Positions 52,394 through 56,047 of a stretch of DNA of 56,047 nucleotides are shown here, piece after piece. The position numbers and the translations under genes are program-made. The first letter of the stretch is position 1. Every line of letters begins with the position of its first letter. This DNA comes from Clostridia bacterium (GTDB lineage Bacteria; Bacillota; Clostridia; Christensenellales; Borkfalkiaceae): contig JAIDRY010000176.1 of NCBI GenBank assembly GCA_029061465.1, positions 1 through 56,047 on the forward strand. Reading direction: 5' to 3'. Under the pieces are notes generated by a model. That model saw only the letters and a program-made list of their open reading frames with translations. It was not told where the DNA came from and ran no database searches.

Positions 52394-53635
52394 ATGAGAA
52401 TAGTAGACTTGTTTTCGGGGGCCGGTGGGTTAACATTCGGGTTTTATTATAAATTAGACAACGGTAGATTTGTTAAAAAGGATAATGCAATAATATTTGC
52501 TAATGAATTTAACAAAAATGCTGCAGCTGCTTATAAAAAAAATTATACTAATGTAAATATGATTGTTGGCGATATCCGTGAAGTTCTCACTGACGAATTA
52601 ATTAGAGAAAAGATAGGGAATGAGGAAGTTGACTTAATTATTGGTGGACCACCTTGTCAATCGTTTAGTACGGTTGGTAAAAGAATATATGATGAAAAGG
52701 CTAAGCTTTTTTGGGAGTATTTGCGACTTATTAGAGTAGTAAGACCGAAGATGTTTTTATTCGAAAATGTAAAAGGTTTATTATCTATGAAAGAGGTATT
52801 CTATAAAAAAGATGAGAATGGAGAAATTTTAAAAGAAAAGAAGCAAATTGGGCATGAAGGTGGAAAACAAAGGACAATAGAAGTTCCAATTGTTGACCAT
52901 TATGGCAAAAAAATTATAGATATCATTAAAAAAGAATTTGGGGATGTAGATAAAGATCTTGGATATGATATTGAATCACAAGTGGTAGATGCGGTGAATT
53001 TCGGTGTGCCTCAAAATAGACAGCGTGTGGTTATTTTAGGAGTACGTAAAGATTTGGGGGTTAAAATTCCAAAATTTGAAAGTGGTAACAAAACTGAATT
53101 GACAATTAGAGATGCGATTTCTGATTTGCCAGTTGTTAACGAAGGCGAAGAAATAAAGTGCTATGATTGTAAACCTCAAAATGTTTATCAAAGATTAATG
53201 CGAGGGGATAATAAAGTATTGCGAGATCACAGCTGTGGAACTTATGGGGATAAAATTCGAACTGTTATACAACATGTAAAACAAGGGCAAGGTCGAAACG
53301 ATTTTAATGCTTTAGTTGATGCAGGGAAAATAGATAAAAAGTATTATTTAACTTCTGGCTATAAAAATACTTATGGTAGGCTTGAAGAAAATAAACCGTC
53401 TACTACTATAACGAATAATTTATCTACGCCTTCAGGATTAAGATGTATTCATTATTCACAAGATAGGGCGCTGACATCGCGTGAAGGTGCTAGAATACAA
53501 TCATTCCCAGATTGGTTTTATTTTGAAGGAAAAAGCAGGGCAGAAATAAATACACAAATCGGTAATGCCGTGCCACCATTAATGGCAATGGCGATAGCAA
53601 GAATAATTGAAAAAGTTTTAGGGGGAGGTAATTAA
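52394..53635 (+). CDS. dcm: DNA (cytosine-5)-methyltransferase
   Basis: Motif I DLFSGAGGLTFGF. Motif IV GGPPCQSFS (catalytic Cys codon 52655..52657). Motif VI ENVKGL. Motif VIII QNRQRV. Motif X GNAVPPLMA. Its start lies 4 nt after the upstream stop. Confidence 0.93.
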   Translation: MRIVDLFSGAGGLTFGFYYKLDNGRFVKKDNAIIFANEFNKNAAAAYKKNYTNVNMIVGDIREVLTDELIREKIGNEEVDLIIGGPPCQSFSTVGKRIYDEKAKLFWEYLRLIRVVRPKMFLFENVKGLLSMKEVFYKKDENGEILKEKKQIGHEGGKQRTIEVPIVDHYGKKIIDIIKKEFGDVDKDLGYDIESQVVDAVNFGVPQNRQRVVILGVRKDLGVKIPKFESGNKTELTIRDAISDLPVVNEGEEIKCYDCKPQNVYQRLMRGDNKVLRDHSCGTYGDKIRTVIQHVKQGQGRNDFNALVDAGKIDKKYYLTSGYKNTYGRLEENKPSTTITNNLSTPSGLRCIHYSQDRALTSREGARIQSFPDWFYFEGKSRAEINTQIGNAVPPLMAMAIARIIEKVLGGGN

Positions 53636-55840
53636 ATGAGTGATAATCAAAAAATCCTTTATGAAGCAAGAAAAGAGGCTAATGAGGAAGATCTCAAAAA
53701 AGAAAGGGAGAGAATAAGAAAATTAAATACTGAAAATGCTATCTATTTCAATTTTTCTTATACTGCATTAAAAATGCTTGGGAAAAACTTGTATAATAAT
53801 CCGTTGTCGGCAGTAGCAGAATTAGTCGCAAATGGTATTGATGCTAAGGCGAAGGATATTTATGTTTACATAGATATGTCGGATAAACAACATTCTACAA
53901 TAGAAATCATTGATAATGGAACCGGTATGAGCTATGATGATTTAGCTGAAAAATATGTCTGGGTTGGAAGAAATAAGAGGCAAGACGAAGCTTTATCATC
54001 CGAAGACAAAGAAGTTATTATGGGCAGAAAAGGTATAGGAAAACTTGCCGCTTTATATCTCTCGAGTAGATATTATATTTTTTCTAAAAAAGATAATGTA
54101 GAATCTCGATGGTTTTTAAATGTTGCTGCATATAAAGATTCTGATTTTCCTAAACTTGATAGATTATCTTCAAGTAAAACAATTGCCAGCCAAGCTGTAT
54201 GGTCGCAAAATAATAGTGGCACCGCTATAATATTGGAAAATGTTGATCTACGGCGAACGGGAAGTAAGAAAATCGAGGGGTTGAAGCGTAATTTATCAGA
54301 TTATTATTTAATTGATGCAATAGGTACAAAAATTTGGGTTGCTGTAGTATCTAAAAAGGGACAGAGAATTGTTTTTGATCCAGTAAAAAAAGCAGTAGCA
54401 TATAAGAATTTTTATGCGATATATGATAATACCAATTATAAAATTGCTGAAAAAATTAGAGATAGTATATCGTTTACCTGGTTATCCCAATTTGAGCATA
54501 TTAAGAATGAAGAAAGGCCTACAATAGTGTTGCCGGCATCACAATTTGTGACATCAGGTGAAGCAGATTTCCAACGAGAGGATGGTACAAAAACAAAGAA
54601 AAGTTATGAGTTGAAAGGTTGGATTGGGATTCACGCAACGATAGATTCAAAGGATGCAGTAGATGTAAATTTTATAAGGAATGAAATTTATCATCCAAAT
54701 AAATTGCGTATATATGTTAGAAACAAGTTGGCAGTAGCAAACTATTTTGATATGCGTGAAAGTACTCAGACTATGGCCAATTATATAGAAGGGGAAATCT
54801 CTTTTGATATCTTGGATGATGATGATTTACCGGATATTGCGACATCAAGCCGACAAGATTTCTTAGATGATGAACGAGTTGAGAAGCTTGTTGAACTTGT
54901 TGACCCAATTATAAGTACTTTGTTTAAATTGAGGAATAAAATAGGACAGCAGATTCGAGCTGAAAATAATGAATATATTGAAGAGCTTAAAGAAATAGAA
55001 CGAAGAAAAAAAGAAGAGGCAGAAAGAGCCCAAGCAGAAGCAGAAAGGTTAGCAAGAGAAGAGTTTGTCAAAAGAGAGTTGGCAGAGCAAAAAGTTCAGG
55101 AGGAAAAGCGCAAGAGGTTACTTGCCGAACAAGAAAAGAATTTTGCTAAAAACCAAACATACTTTTTGGAAAAGCAACTTTCTGGTGATGATAAAACAAG
55201 AGCATATAATACGCATGTTATAAAAAGCAATGCAAATAACATAAGTGATAATTTAGTAACACTACTTGAAGATCATCCAGAATGTAAAGATATTGATGAA
55301 ATCAGGGCCATTTCAATAGCAGATCAAAAAATATTAACTGCTGTAAAATATTATAATAGTGTAATGTATGGGTTAGAGAATAAAATAATAAAGGGAAATA
55401 TCTTAAAATTCATCAAAGACTATGTAGAAGAAGTTTTAAAAAAAGAGTACTTAAGTATGGAAGTTCTATTAGCAAATCCGATAGATTGTATATTTAGCTT
55501 TCCGCCACAGGATTTAACTACTTCTTTAGAAAACATTTTCTCAAATGCAGCAAAGCATGAAGCGAATAAACTTAAAATTAGTTTTGATAGAGAAGCGGAT
55601 TGCATTATTATTAGGTTTTCAAATAATGGTGAACGCCTTCCGGAAAATTGTGACACAAAACAATTATTTGAGTTTGGTTATTCCACGACAAGCGAATCTG
55701 GAGTTTCAATTGGTACTGGAGTTGGGTTATATCAAATTTATGATCTTATTGTTGAAGATTTAGGCGGTAATGTTGACATCTTTAATGATAAAGATAATGG
55801 AGTTACACTGGAGATAAAAATTTATGAAGATAAACTATAA
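53636..55840 (+). CDS. protein with two GHKL ATPase modules: N-terminal MORC/Hsp90-like and C-terminal histidine-kinase-like, joined by a charged coiled coil
   Basis: The N-terminal module has Bergerat motifs ELVANGIDA, IIDNGTGMSYDDL and GRKGIGKLAALY. A central EERRKKEEAERAQAEAERLAREE coil follows. The C-terminal module has an N-box ENIFSNAAKH and a G2-like GTGVGLYQIYDLIVEDLGG. Its ATG directly abuts the dcm stop. Confidence 0.7.
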   Translation: MSDNQKILYEARKEANEEDLKKERERIRKLNTENAIYFNFSYTALKMLGKNLYNNPLSAVAELVANGIDAKAKDIYVYIDMSDKQHSTIEIIDNGTGMSYDDLAEKYVWVGRNKRQDEALSSEDKEVIMGRKGIGKLAALYLSSRYYIFSKKDNVESRWFLNVAAYKDSDFPKLDRLSSSKTIASQAVWSQNNSGTAIILENVDLRRTGSKKIEGLKRNLSDYYLIDAIGTKIWVAVVSKKGQRIVFDPVKKAVAYKNFYAIYDNTNYKIAEKIRDSISFTWLSQFEHIKNEERPTIVLPASQFVTSGEADFQREDGTKTKKSYELKGWIGIHATIDSKDAVDVNFIRNEIYHPNKLRIYVRNKLAVANYFDMRESTQTMANYIEGEISFDILDDDDLPDIATSSRQDFLDDERVEKLVELVDPIISTLFKLRNKIGQQIRAENNEYIEELKEIERRKKEEAERAQAEAERLAREEFVKRELAEQKVQEEKRKRLLAEQEKNFAKNQTYFLEKQLSGDDKTRAYNTHVIKSNANNISDNLVTLLEDHPECKDIDEIRAISIADQKILTAVKYYNSVMYGLENKIIKGNILKFIKDYVEEVLKKEYLSMEVLLANPIDCIFSFPPQDLTTSLENIFSNAAKHEANKLKISFDREADCIIIRFSNNGERLPENCDTKQLFEFGYSTTSESGVSIGTGVGLYQIYDLIVEDLGGNVDIFNDKDNGVTLEIKIYEDKL

Positions 55841-56047
55841 CATTTTATGGGTAGAAGACTATCCAAAAGATATGGAAAAACAATTAAACAGAATAGAAAA
55901 AGTACTGAAGAATAACTTTTTTCTTATTAATGGAAAAGATAAACCTATTACTTCATATGAAAAATTTTTAGAATTTATTAAAAATAAAACAGAAAAAGAT
56001 TTTAGTGATATCGATCTAATTTTAATAGACTATAATCTATCTAGTAA
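55824..56047 (+). CDS. receiver (REC)-like domain protein, 5' part only (runs off window)
   Basis: The ATG at 55824 overlaps the upstream gene by 17 nt. The translation MKINYNILWVEDYPKDMEKQ...DFSDIDLILIDYNLSS has the REC layout: an acidic pair after beta1 (ED) and an Asp at the end of beta3 (LILID). Confidence 0.5.
   Translation, partial: MKINYNILWVEDYPKDMEKQLNRIEKVLKNNFFLINGKDKPITSYEKFLEFIKNKTEKDFSDIDLILIDYNLSS

Larger units (their letters stand above)
32572..56047. mobile_element. AT-rich genomic (defence) island inserted 3' of tRNA-Leu; right end beyond the window
   Basis: Base composition and codon style shift abruptly to AT-rich immediately after the tRNA. The region holds an integrase fragment, a TnpV-like gene, iteron-like repeats, and RM-like and helicase/ATPase operons. 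No second att copy of the tRNA 3' end was seen in the window. Confidence 0.7.

Noticed and set aside
1-56047. CRISPR arrays, rRNA genes, IS elements with terminal inverted repeats
   Set aside because: I saw no regularly spaced direct repeats with unique spacers, no rRNA-like sequence and no transposase ORF. The only repeat families found are the short ones listed as features.

Overview
The window splits at a tRNA-Leu(UAA) gene (32485..32571, +).

LEFT (1..32.4 kb): GC-richer by eye, with nearly all genes on the minus strand. It is a pectin/hexuronate utilisation region of the kind seen in saccharolytic Clostridia.
- Degradation and import: GH105, GH28 and a CUT1-type ABC importer. The importer has two permeases, an unusually large 873-aa lipoprotein binding protein, its own MsmK-type ATPase and four uncharacterised small membrane proteins.
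- Catabolism: CE8 pectinesterase, uxaC-uxaA-uxaB, a second MsmK-type ATPase, kduI, a TIM-barrel isomerase, kdgK, eda and kduD.
- Accessory genes: CE4 deacetylase, MATE exporter and GH43.
- Housekeeping-like genes: a membrane protein with a uL15-like C-terminus, malic enzyme and a degenerate FtsZ paralogue.

RIGHT (32.6..56.0 kb): visibly AT-richer and runs off the window. It is an integrated island with mobile-element debris: an N-terminal fragment of a tyrosine integrase, a TnpV-like gene, iteron-like repeats and XRE/HTH regulators. It carries two plus-strand defence-type operons.
- (A) 37162..47982, translationally coupled: HTH protein, 1528-aa Upf1/DNA2-like SF1 helicase, 735-aa protein with a C-terminal RNxxxH (HEPN-like) motif, 370-aa coiled-coil protein, Clp-D2-type AAA+ ATPase, and an orphan NrdG-type radical-SAM activase. 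I cannot assign this combination to any named system. It is my best candidate for an undescribed system.
- (B) 48256..56047+: leaderless C-protein-like HTH, PD-(D/E)xK-like protein, SauUSI-like PLD-helicase-DUF3427 enzyme, Dcm C5-methyltransferase, a protein with two GHKL ATPase modules, and a REC-like ORF cut by the window end.

No rRNA, CRISPR array or intact transposase/recombinase was seen. All domain calls are by-eye motif recognition on the supplied translations. No searches or computations were run.
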